DNA from: an uncultured Chloroflexia bacterium
GTDB lineage: Bacteria > Chloroflexota > Anaerolineae > B4-G1 > SLSP01
Assembly (NCBI GenBank): GCA_963751345.1
Contig: CAVVUS010000003.1
Span: forward strand, 1 to 26,801
Length of the DNA: 26,801 bases
Direction: 5' to 3'
The notes under the pieces were generated by a model that worked only from the letters and a program-made list of their open reading frames with translations, was not told the origin of the DNA and ran no database searches. This document shows positions 1-9,194 of this stretch, one piece after another; positions within the stretch are counted from its first letter, which is position 1; every line of letters starts with the position of its first letter. Position numbers and translations under genes: made by a program.

Positions 1-372
1 CGCTTGCCTGAAGCGCTCGTCGTCGGACAATATGAACCAGGCAGATCTGCCCGTCGGGTGTCATCCGCGTGTAGTCGCCGCCAAGCGAGTGGCCAGATTC
101 TCGTTGTGATGCCCGATGGTCGCCAGGACGTTGATCCCCGCGCGGTAGTCATGGCGCGCGCCTCGTCCATCCGTTGCCCAGAACTCTGCCCGCTCTCGGA
201 TGGTGGTCAGGGGCAAAGGCGCGTGCGTCTCGGAGGTGAAGAACGCGAGTTCGTCGGTCACGCCCGGATGACGGCCAAACAGGTCCAGCAGCTCGAGGAA
301 ACGCGCCTCGGGCAGCCATAGCGGCGTCCCGATGCGGAACGAGACAGCGGCTTTGTCGATCGACCGGCTCAT
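1..372 (-). CDS. Conserved hypothetical protein, N-terminal part (possibly a glycoside-hydrolase-like TIM barrel); runs off the left edge, frameshifted
   Basis: ATG at 372 gives MSRSIDKAAVSFRIGTPLWLPEARFLELLDLFGRHPGVTDELAFFTSETHAPLPL...GINVLATIGHHNENL. Protein-like sequence continues in another frame (GDYTRMTDPTG) to the window edge. Function not identified. Confidence 0.6.
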
Positions 373-377
373 GGTTG

Positions 378-1186
378 TCAATGAAAAGCGCGCAGCGCAT
401 CGACACCGTGCCGAAGACGATGTCGGTGGAGAAGAAAGTAAGGCGATCCTCGGGCAGGCGTGCGCCGATCACATACATCAGGGGTAGATAATGATTGGTC
501 GGCACCGACATCCGCGCCATCTCCCCAAGCCCTTCGTAGTCGATCAGGTGTTCGTCGTCACCTGCCTCGAGTAGTTCGGCGACTTTTGCGTCGAAGGCCG
601 TGGCCCACGGTGCGGCGCCGCTTGCGGCCGGGTCAGCCCGTCCAAGGTTGTGAACAATGTTGCCGCTGCCTATGACCAGCCACCGTCGCGCCGGAGAACG
701 GCAAGTTCACCGCCCAGGGTCTAGTGAAACGAGGCGGGCGCGTCTGATCGATGCTCAACTGGAGGCCGGGGATATGGGCCGCAGGATACATATTCGCCAA
801 CACCAACCAAGTGCCCGTCGTTACAGCCCCCAGTGGTCATCCGGGATCACGGGCACCATGGTAATAGCATCGGCAATCGTCCGCGCAAGGGCCGGATCGC
901 CCGGGGCGGGATAGTGAAGCTCGTGGAGCCGACACGGGAAGCCCCAGAAATCGTGAATCGTGGTCGGCACGTCCCTTCCTATGATACCCGTACCGCGCGT
1001 CGGCCAGTGCGCTGAGACCGACAGAATCGCGCGTGGTCTGCGGAGACGTTCGCGGCGCCCGCCACGCTTGCTGAAGGCATTGTCCTCAATGGCATTCATC
1101 GGTGAGCCATGGCCTCGAACCAGCACCGGCATCACGTCGCCGGCAAACTCCGATGAATCAAACGTCTTATCCGCTCTTCCTTCCAT
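378..1186 (-). CDS. ygiD: 4,5-DOPA dioxygenase extradiol (LigB/YgiD family), frameshifted
   Basis: Motifs stitched across frames: GHGSPMNAIEDN, SVSAHW, TIHDFWGFP, LHYPAPGDP, DHWGL..GTW, LQLSID, VIGSGNIVHNL, HYLPLMYVIGA, GTVSMRC. Several indels; end placed at TGA near 378. Confidence 0.85.
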
Positions 1187-1271
1187 TCCCTGCCCTCCTT
1201 ATCGTAGTCCCAACCGCCATCCGGGTTACCGGACCGGCCTACGTCGGATTCCGCGCGCCCGCCGCTATCCC

Positions 1272-2099
1272 TCAGCCGGCGACGCCCACAGAGTCCGCAG
1301 CCGGCGCAGGCGCAAGCATCGCCGCTGTCCTCGCAACCGGATCGATGAACGAGCACGGCACCATGCTCACGCACTTGCCACAGACGTCCGCGACGCCCAC
1401 ATCCTCGAACCGTGCCGCGTTATCCAGACAGACGCCATAGCACGCCCGGCGATCGAACTCCTCGGTGCTCAGGGCACCTGCCGGACAGCGCTCAACGCAG
1501 ACCTTGCAGGAACCGTCCGTCTTGGCCGGGCATGCCTCGGTGGACTTGCGCGGGGTCGGTGTGATGCGAGCGTTGGTCACGAGGCTGCCAAGGCGCCCAC
1601 AGCACCCCTGCTCGGTGATGAGCATATGATGGAGCCCGAAGGTGCCCAGCCCGGCGACATAGGCCACGTGCTTATGGCTCCAGTCGCTGATGAGCCGCTG
1701 CTCATCGAAGTTGTGGGTTGGCGGGAGCACGGTAGCTCCATAGCCCACCAGCTCCAAGGCCCTCGCCACCCGCTGGTTGATTGCCTCCAGGAGCCGGTTG
1801 GTCTCCACGTAGGCCACCGCCCACGTGTGAGCGGCCCCGGCTCCGGGGCGATTGCTGCGCGCGATGCGCTCGGCAAAGGGCACGAAGTAGACGATGACCG
1901 TCTCGGCCCCCGGCAGCAGCTCGCGCGGCGTCAGGTGGCTTGGGGAGATGACCGTTTTCAGTTCCCGGAAGATGGGGTCGTGTGCGCTGGCGTAGGCCAC
2001 CAGCGGCGTGCGCCACGACGTGCGGATATCAACGTCGGCCTCAAAGCACCGGACGGCATCCTCGATCTGCTCCTCTACCCAGTTCTTCAGATCATCCAC
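1272..2099 (-). CDS. Epoxyqueuosine reductase (QueG)-like 4Fe-4S protein
   Basis: Intact 275-aa ORF with DWSHKHVAYVAGLGTFG, GCCGRLGSLVT, CPAKTDGSCKVCVERCPAGAL and DVCGKCVSMVPC ferredoxin-type Cys motifs. Confidence 0.85.
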   Translation of the reverse strand: MDDLKNWVEEQIEDAVRCFEADVDIRTSWRTPLVAYASAHDPIFRELKTVISPSHLTPRELLPGAETVIVYFVPFAERIARSNRPGAGAAHTWAVAYVETNRLLEAINQRVARALELVGYGATVLPPTHNFDEQRLISDWSHKHVAYVAGLGTFGLHHMLITEQGCCGRLGSLVTNARITPTPRKSTEACPAKTDGSCKVCVERCPAGALSTEEFDRRACYGVCLDNAARFEDVGVADVCGKCVSMVPCSFIDPVARTAAMLAPAPAADSVGVAG

Positions 2100-2117
2100 G
2101 TGGCTCTCTCCTGTAGG

Positions 2118-2954
2118 CTAATGATGGTCGATGGCGTCGTAGGCCCGCTCGACGGCCTCCTGCAGCGGGCCCATCTTCGCCCGGTAGTCGTCAGACCAAC
2201 GTGCTGCCAGCCGGTCGAAGATCGTGCCGCCGGCGCGTATCAGTTCAAGGATTCCCTCGGCGGTGGGCGGCTGTGCCGTGCCGGCGAAGGAGGCGACGAT
2301 CTCGTTGCTCATGCCGCCGGTCCGGTGCACGTTGGTTCCCTCCGCCCGGTCCCGCAGCATCATCGTCAGCACACAGCCGTCCTGCAGCAGCCCCAGCGCC
2401 AGATGCAGGGCAATGACGAGGTCGTCGCGTGCCACCTTGGCGACGGCAACCATCGCCCTGAACCAGAAGCCGTCGACCATCTCCGCAAAGACCCGGTCGG
2501 TGGGCGGCGTGAACGGTGTGGATGGAAACTGGCCGTCCAAGCGCTCCGAGACCTCGGTCGACCGCGAGAAGAGCACCCGCAGCCCGTGGGCAAATGCCAC
2601 GTGTGGCCATTGGTCGATCATCCGGAGGTCGGATTCGGTCGTGATGGTGAGATCCAGCTTGCGCAGATCCTCAAAGCAGACGCGGGTGGTGCTGGCATAC
2701 TCCCCGGCGAAGCGTTCCTTCGCGAAGACCTCGCCCAGGGGCTGAAGCCAGTCGGTCGTGGGGAAGAAGCGCGCGGTCTCGCCGTCGCGCAGCACGATCA
2801 GTACGTCGATGTCGCTCCATTCGTCGAGGTCCGGCGGTCGCAGCACGGAGCCGTAGACTGCCAGCGCCACGACGTCGGGATCGCCCGCCAGGAGATGGGT
2901 CAGGCGATTGAGCGTCGATGCGTGCCAGGTTTCGGCCCGGGAAGCGGCATTCAT
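2118..2954 (-). CDS. Pol-beta-fold nucleotidyltransferase (aminoglycoside 6-adenylyltransferase-like)
   Basis: Intact 278-aa ORF with YGSVLRPPDLDEWSDIDVLIV (GS..DxD) and later KLDLTI, followed by a helical domain FWFRAMVAVAKVARDD. Confidence 0.75.
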   Translation of the reverse strand: MNAASRAETWHASTLNRLTHLLAGDPDVVALAVYGSVLRPPDLDEWSDIDVLIVLRDGETARFFPTTDWLQPLGEVFAKERFAGEYASTTRVCFEDLRKLDLTITTESDLRMIDQWPHVAFAHGLRVLFSRSTEVSERLDGQFPSTPFTPPTDRVFAEMVDGFWFRAMVAVAKVARDDLVIALHLALGLLQDGCVLTMMLRDRAEGTNVHRTGGMSNEIVASFAGTAQPPTAEGILELIRAGGTIFDRLAARWSDDYRAKMGPLQEAVERAYDAIDHH

Positions 2955-2980
2955 GCGATAGCATTCCTTCGTGCGGACCC

Positions 2981-3047
2981 GGTTCGTGGTAACCGATTCA
3001 TCGGTTCCGCATGGGCACCGGAACGACTGAAGTCGTTACTACAAACC
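2981..3047. repeat. GTAG-type REP doublet (family A: GGTTyGTrGTAAC..GA TTCA TC..GTTCC)
   Basis: ggttcgtggtaaccgattcatcggttcc (2981-3008) and an inverted partner ggaacgactgaagtcgttactacaaacc (3020-3047). Each carries an internal hairpin next to a GTAG/GTGG tetranucleotide. A third copy is at 11918-11945. Confidence 0.75.
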
Positions 3048-3060
3048 TGACTTGTATATC

Positions 3061-5710
3061 TCATGCAGGCTCGCGGACAAAGGCGTAGTGTCCCGACCCG
3101 ACGTCAAACGTCACTACATCTCCATCGTCCCACACGTCGTGGATGCCGGCATTCTGCCCTACCTGTTTGTCTCGATTCCAGATCAGGCTGTCGCTCTCCG
3201 CGATCCGGCAGGGCACGCCTTTGCCGAGCTTGGGCACGCTCACCGCAGCCCGGCTTCCGGGGGGCACGACCACACGCATCGTGAGGCGATCGCCATCGAG
3301 CTCCCACTCCGACGCCACGAGACCGCGGACGGTCTGCAGCGATGCCCGTGCCTGAGTGAGGTCACCCACCACGTGGGGCCGCACGCTGAATCGTGCAAAG
3401 CCGGGGCCCGCCGGGTCCACCGTGATCCCTGCAAGCGCCCTGTAGAACCACGCACCGACCGACCCGAGCATCGGGTGGTTGTGCGAGTTCATCCCACCGC
3501 CGGTCTCCAGCTCCCAGCGCTCCCACAACGTCGTCGCACCGTTGGCGAGCATGTAGCCCCAGCCGGGGTAGCTCTCCTGGGTCACGATCCGGTAGGCGAC
3601 GTCGGCGCGCCCTGCATCGGTGAGGACCTCCAGCAGATACTTGGTGCAGAGATTGCCCGTGGTCAGGTGCCCATCGTGCAGGTCGACCACGTCGTGAACC
3701 AGATTCTCGACCACCTTTGCCTTGCACTCCTCGGGCACGATGCCGAGGTAGAGCGAGAAGGCATTGCATGCCTGGTTGTTGGAGCCGTAGCCGCCGGTGG
3801 CGGGATCGTAGAAACGGGTGTTGTAGGCGCTCGCGATGTGCTCGGCCAGGCGCCATAGGATGCCGCGTCCGGCGACATGGCCCAGGACCATGGCCATCTG
3901 CGAGAGGAGTCGCGCGGCGTAGAAATACATCCCGGTGGACATCAGCGCGCCGGGCGTGTGGGCGGAGACGGGCGACGGGCCGGAGGGCGTCCGGATCCCC
4001 TCGGCAATCGGCGGCGCCCAATCTCCCCAGTAGCTGTAGCTCACGACGTGGTCCTCAGCCCGCGTCGTCAGAAAGTCGACCCAGGCGCGCATACCCTCGA
4101 AGTGCTCGGCCATCGTGCGCGTGTCGCCGTAGTGCTGGTAGAGCAGCCAGGGAATCAGCAGGTAGCAGATGCTCACAGGGTCGGCGGGGCGGTGGCCCCA
4201 CCGGTAGGGCGCTGTGTCGGTGATGGCGCCTGAGACCGGGTCCTGTGCGTCGTGGATGTCGCCGACCCACTTGGCGAGAAAGCGCGCGACATCGAAATTG
4301 TAGACGATCTGTTCGGAGCGCGCGGCCATATCGTTGAGCCATCCCATGCGTTCGTCGCGCTGGGGGCAGTCGGTGGGGATGCCGGGCTCGTTGCTGACCT
4401 CGGTCCACCACACCAGCCGCTGGATATCGTTGATCAGGTGCCGGCTGCAGGAGAAGTCGCCGGTTGGCGCCGTGTCGGTCCGCACCACGCATCCGAGCAG
4501 CGATCCCAGGTCGGGAATCCCCGGGTAGCCCTCGACCTGGACGTAGCGAAAGCCGTGGTAGGTGAAACGGGGCTCCCACGCCTCCGGGCCCTCGCCTTTC
4601 AGGATGTAGATGTCCCTCGCGGCGGCGTGGCGCAGGTTCTCCTGGTTGACGGTCCCGTCGGGGTAGAGCGACTCCGCGAACCGCAGCGTCACCGTGGTAC
4701 CGCGGGGGCCGCGGACGTAGAGACGAGCCCAACCCGCGAAGTTCTGGCCCATGTCGTAGACGAAGATGCCGCGCTTGTGGCTCTGTCAGGCCGACCGCCG
4801 TGATGATCTGGGTCACCCGAATGGGGGGCATCGAGCAGGCCACGAGGCGCCCGCCGGGGCCTTCCGTGGCCATCGCCGTGGACCACTGGCCCCCGGGCTG
4901 TACGTTCGGCATGTCCCAGCCGGCGATCTCGTGGCGTGCGTCATAGACCTCGCCGTCGTAGATCGAGTTCTCCAGGATGGGGCCGGTCGCCACGCGCCAC
5001 CCTTCGGGGGTGGTGACGAGGATCGACGTGCCGTCGGTGTAGTCGATCCTGAGCTGGAGCAGCAGCTTGGGCGCCCCGTACCAGCCGTTGCCCAGGATGG
5101 CGCCGACCACGTTCTCGCCCTGGCGCAGATAGGGGGTGACGTCGTGCGTCGTCGTGAGCACACGATGGTCGTACGCCGTTGGGGCGGGATCCAGCACGTG
5201 ATCGCCCACGATGTCGCCGTTGAGGTGGAGTTCGTAGTACCCCAGGCCTGCGACGTAGGCGCGAGCCCGTGCGACGGGCTTGTCGATCAGGAAACTGCGT
5301 CGGGCATAGAGCGCCCGACCACTCGACCCGCCGGGATAGCCCAGCCACTCGGCCTTCCAGTCTTCGGGCGCCATCAGGCCCATCTCGAACCAAGTCGGCT
5401 CGCTCATCGGGCCCGCCGCGCCTGATCCGTCCCACGCCTGTACCTGCCAATAGACGCGGTCGCCGCTGCGGAGTGGGGGGCCGCCGTAGGGGACGATTTG
5501 GGCATCGGACGCCACCTTGCCGCTATCCCAGAGGTCAGGCGTTGCCTTCTGCAGTAATTCGGGCGTCGTGGCGGCGGAGATCCGGTAGGCGGTCTGGACC
5601 TGGTCCGCGCCGCTTGGATTCCAGCTGCCAGGACAACCGCGGGCGGGGCACGTCGAGGCCAAGGGGTGTTGAGGTGGTCTCGCACTTCAGATTCGTGGCT
5701 ACGATTCCGT
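3061..5710 (-). CDS. Alpha-L-rhamnosidase, GH78 family (frameshifted)
   Basis: NLKCE..PLGLDVPRPRLSWQLES, QTAYRI, DLWDSGKV, YWQVQAWD, GLGYYELHLNG, LGNGWY, SIYDGEVYDAR, DMGQNFAGW, PRFTYHGFRYVQV, IPTDCPQRDERMGW, GATTLWERW, MNSHNHPMLG. Frameshifts near 5610 and 4780; start approximate. Confidence 0.92.
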
Positions 5711-5734
5711 CTTTTCCCCCGTGTTGGCCACGTT

Positions 5735-6090
5735 CCGTGGTCGGCGGTCCACGGTAGCAACCGGTCGAGTTCGCGGATGGGCGTGGATTGGTCCATGTCG
5801 GTGAAGAGCACCCACTCGCCCCGTGCACGCCGGATGCCCTCGGCGATGGCCGCCGGCTTGGTGCCGTGAGAGATGGGGTAGACGTCGAAGCCGGGCGTCG
5901 CGTCGGCAAAGGCTCGGGCCAACGCCAGGCTGTCATCGGTTGAACCGTCGTCGACGATGAGAACCTCCCAGGGGTCGCTCAAGGAGACGACGTAATCCGA
6001 ACCTCGGCGAGCGCGCCGTGTTCGAGGTTTTTCTGTTCGTTATAGCAGGGGATGATGATCGAGAGCCAAGGGGCGTGTGGCTCAGACCAT
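5735..6090 (-). pseudogene. Glycosyltransferase family 2 (polyprenyl-phosphate glycosyltransferase-like), N-terminal half only
   Basis: WLSIIIPCYNEQKNL, EVLIVDDGSTDDS, HGTKPAAIAEGIRRARGEWVLFTDMDQSTPIRELDRLLPW. Similarity stops abruptly near 5735, where the rhamnosidase begins. Frameshift near 5990. Confidence 0.75.
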
Positions 6091-7061
6091 AGCCCAAGCA
6101 GCGTCTCCCGCAGGAATCGCGACGTGCGCACGGCGTCATCGGCGACGACGAGTGCATCGATCTCGGCCCGGTGCTGATCGAGGATCTCGTCGAAACGCCG
6201 CAGCCAGAGGATCGACTCGCCAATGGCGCCCGCGGCATCCTCGCGGTAGGGGTATTGGTCCATCGACAGCCACCCTTCATAGCACGTGCGGTCCAGCCAA
6301 TAGAGGATCTCGAGATAGCGGATCGTGTGGACCGATCCGGCGATCATATCGTCGTCCCAGCTCCCGTGGTTGTCGTTGAAATGCATGTGGAAGAGCCGCC
6401 CGCCTGCGCGCTTGGCCAGCACAATGGACTCGCCCACCGTCTCGCCTCCGACGAAGGCGTGGCCCGTGTCGATGCAGACGCCGACGTTGTCGCATCCGGT
6501 CTCCTGCGCCATCAGCAGCGTATCGGCCATACGGGCCAGGGTGGAGTGGGTGCGTGGCTCCTTGGCCTTGTACTCCAGCGCGAAACGCAGCCCCGGGTAA
6601 GCGGACGCGAGTTCGCCGATCGCCTCGCACATCCACTCGCGCTGCGCATCATAGTCCGCGGTCAGGTTGTAGTCGTATCCGTCCTGTCCGGGCCAGATGT
6701 TGATCGTGGTGCAGGCCAACTGCCCCGCGATATCGCACATCTCCTTCGTGTAGTCGATGGCGTGGCGACGCACTGCGGGGTCCGTGCTGGTGTAGCTGCC
6801 CTTCCAGTAGAGCGCATTGCCGAAGAGATCGGGGATGATCGAGACACAAGTGAGACCCAGGTCGGTCAGGGCTCGACCCATCTCCGCTGCGTTCTCGGGG
6901 CTGATGTCCCACGTGCCCACCAGTTCGATCCCGCTGACGTGGGGGATGGCGGCGGCCTGGCGGAGCATCTCCGCCGTCGGCGGCGCCTCTTTGTAACTGC
7001 CGCAGAAGCGGTCCTTGGTGTTGCCCAGATTGCCGAGAATGACGGCGTAGCGACGTTCCAT
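6082..7061 (-). CDS. Sugar isomerase/epimerase, xylose-isomerase-like TIM barrel
   Basis: INIWPGQDGYDY, LEYKAKEPR, CIDTGHA, HMHFNDNHGSWDDDM metal-binding motifs. As written the ORF reads into the GT2 N-terminus (to 5979); true stop probably near 6082. Confidence 0.85.
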
Positions 7062-7097
7062 CGTGCAGCCTCCTCTCGTGTTGTGGCTACAAGTGCG

Positions 7098-7126
7098 AGT
7101 ATAGCCCTGTCCTATTGTCCTGCCAA
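7098..7126 (-). promoter_or_regulatory. Putative sigma70-type promoter of the isomerase operon, with an internal direct repeat
   Basis: Minus strand TTGGCA-17 bp-TATACT, 37 bp upstream of the ATG at 7061. The spacer contains AGGACA twice. Confidence 0.5.
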
Positions 7127-7163
7127 TCCAAGGAAGAGCGGGATCACATGACCTGCAGGGTTC

Positions 7164-9056
7164 TCACTCGATCGTCACCGCCATCAAATGGAGAATGCCC
7201 AGATCCTCCGGCGGGCTCCCCTCGAAGGGGACCACCTTCTGCGAATAGGTGTCATAGAGGACGAGGTCGAGGCCGGCAGGGCCCGCGGCAGCGTCCGCGG
7301 GCAGATCCAGGTAATAGACGTCGCGGAAGCGCCATCCCGTCTCCCACCAACTGGTGGGTTTGCTTCCGGCGCCGGGCAAGCTGTCGTGCTGGGCCAGAAG
7401 CGCCCCGCCGGCGCCGGCGATACGCACCGAGACGGTGCGTTCGGCGCCCGGAGCTGCGAGGGCCTCCCAATAGAGCGTGACGCGCACACTTTGGCCGGGC
7501 TGGAGCATTGCGGGTGCCGCGGTCACGGTCCGGTAGATCCCGCGGTCGTCGGCGACCGCGACCTCGAGGCGGTCGAGATGAATCGCACCCTCAGCCGTGC
7601 GGTTCACAGCGAAGGACGGCAGTTGGGGGACCCGCCTGTCGATCACGTAGATGCCATCGGCCTCCGCCGCCACGACGACCGCCGGATCGGCCACCAGGCG
7701 GTCGATCGCCTCGTTGATGCCCATCGGATCGAAGGGGTAGGCCTCGGCGTTGCGGTCCAGAACGAAGGTGTCGACGGCGTCCTCGCCGATCCGTATCCAC
7801 GGATAGAGGTAGATGTCGGGTCGTAGCGCGAGGTGTGGCACGTAGGGTACCTGCGCCGCGACCTTGGCATCGGGCGGCACGGCCTCGAGCAGGGCCAGTG
7901 CCAGCCGGTCGTGCTCCGTGACGGCGTAGGTCGTGGCGTCAAAATGGCCCCCGAGCGGCGCCGGGCTGAAGAGCGCGTAGCCCGTCGCCGTCGTGGCGAG
8001 CAGCGCCACCATTGCGGGGACCTCCCACCGCCGGGGCAGGCGCTCCCATCCGACGGCGATAGCGGCAAAGAGCACGGGCAGGATCGTGGCGGGATACCAC
8101 TTGCCGAGCTCGATCATGTCGGCGTCGGAGCTGAGAAACATCGTGGCGACGTAGGGCACGCAGAGCAGGGCCAGGCGTGGCTCAAGGAAGGGCAGGAAGA
8201 GGCCAAGCGGCAGCAGGATCCGCCCAATCGCCAGTAGCTGGGTCGGGCCGAGCATCTGGCGGATCAGTTGGAAGGGCGTTCGCACGATCGTTGTCAGGAT
8301 GCTCAGGTAGTCGTCGCCCAGTTGGTTGAAGTAGTAGAGCTGTGGGTAGACGAGCATGTTGCCCTCTGCGGCGCTGAACCTGGGGATGACCCAGAGGCTT
8401 ATGCCGACGAGCCAGAGCGCGCCAAACGCCATCAGACCCGCGCCCCACCATCTGTCTCTCCGGAAGACGAGCAGGTAGAGGCCGATCATGAGGACGTAGA
8501 GGCCGACGCTCTCCTTTGCCAGCAGGGCGACGCCGAGGCCGAGCAGCATCAGCCCGCGCTTGCGTGTCACCAAGCCGTAGAGCCCGAGGGCCAGGAAGGG
8601 CATGCCGAAGACGACCCGGCGCACCTCGAAGAGCGTCACGTCGTGGAGCGCGGGGTTGAGGTAGAACGCCAGCAGGAACCATGGGGCGAGCTTCGGGCGC
8701 TTCTCGCGCATCAGGGCGTAGAGGATCAGGCCCGTCGCGGCGGCGTTGACGGCCTGGACGAGGAAGAGCACGCGCTCACTTCCCGCGATCCAGAGCAGGG
8801 GCGAGGCCAGCGCCAGTAGCGGTGAGAAATGGTTGCCCAGGATCGAGCCATACGTGATCGTGGTGAAGAGAAAGCGGCCGTGGAGCGTGTTCCAGATGGC
8901 CTGGGTGAAGCGGGCGAAGTCGTAGACGCGGGTGTTGAAGGCGTCGTGCTTCAGGTTCATCAGGGTGAAGCTGCCCGCCACAAAGGCGAGGGCCATCGCC
9001 CAGGGCCCCCAGCGCAGCCACAGGCGGGAGAGGGTGGGGGCGTCACGCTTCTGCAT
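7164..9056 (-). CDS. DUF2079 family polytopic membrane protein (putative GT-C glycosyltransferase) with C-terminal extracellular beta domain
   Basis: YDFARFTQAIWNTLHG, GNHFSPLL, LNPALH, LLAKESVG, VPPDAKVAAQ..VPHLALR and many hydrophobic segments. C-terminal VTLYWEAL..LAQHDSLP..PTSWW..FRDVYYLDLP domain. Confidence 0.85.
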   Translation of the reverse strand: MQKRDAPTLSRLWLRWGPWAMALAFVAGSFTLMNLKHDAFNTRVYDFARFTQAIWNTLHGRFLFTTITYGSILGNHFSPLLALASPLLWIAGSERVLFLVQAVNAAATGLILYALMREKRPKLAPWFLLAFYLNPALHDVTLFEVRRVVFGMPFLALGLYGLVTRKRGLMLLGLGVALLAKESVGLYVLMIGLYLLVFRRDRWWGAGLMAFGALWLVGISLWVIPRFSAAEGNMLVYPQLYYFNQLGDDYLSILTTIVRTPFQLIRQMLGPTQLLAIGRILLPLGLFLPFLEPRLALLCVPYVATMFLSSDADMIELGKWYPATILPVLFAAIAVGWERLPRRWEVPAMVALLATTATGYALFSPAPLGGHFDATTYAVTEHDRLALALLEAVPPDAKVAAQVPYVPHLALRPDIYLYPWIRIGEDAVDTFVLDRNAEAYPFDPMGINEAIDRLVADPAVVVAAEADGIYVIDRRVPQLPSFAVNRTAEGAIHLDRLEVAVADDRGIYRTVTAAPAMLQPGQSVRVTLYWEALAAPGAERTVSVRIAGAGGALLAQHDSLPGAGSKPTSWWETGWRFRDVYYLDLPADAAAGPAGLDLVLYDTYSQKVVPFEGSPPEDLGILHLMAVTIE

Positions 9057-9098
9057 TACTGTTCACCGCCCCGGCCAGAGGCTGAGTTCGCAAGCCGT

Positions 9099-9194
9099 TG
9101 TAGAGACGGGGCGGTGCCCCGTCTTCTGCGGGCGGGCATAGGGTAAGCGATGGTACGCCTGCGTCCGCAGACGCCCCACCGGGGCGTCTCTACA
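9099..9194. repeat. GTAG-type REP doublet (family B: TGTAGAGACG..CGTCT)
   Basis: tgtagagacggggcggtgccccgtct (from 9099) and inverted agacgccccaccggggcgtctctaca (to 9194). Outer 10-bp inverted repeat tgtagagacg/cgtctctaca, each arm with its own GC hairpin. Confidence 0.8.

Noticed and set aside
715-825. Stop-codon recoding (selenocysteine/pyrrolysine) at internal stops of ygiD
   Set aside because: The stops coincide with indel-rich stretches and non-Cys positions; sequencing error is the simpler explanation.
1272-2099. Bona fide queG assignment
   Set aside because: Shorter, divergent QueG-like subfamily with no queuosine gene context; gene symbol withheld.
960-3050. 696-aa plus-strand ORF
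   Set aside because: Antisense shadow of well-supported minus-strand genes; no motifs; expected in high-GC DNA.
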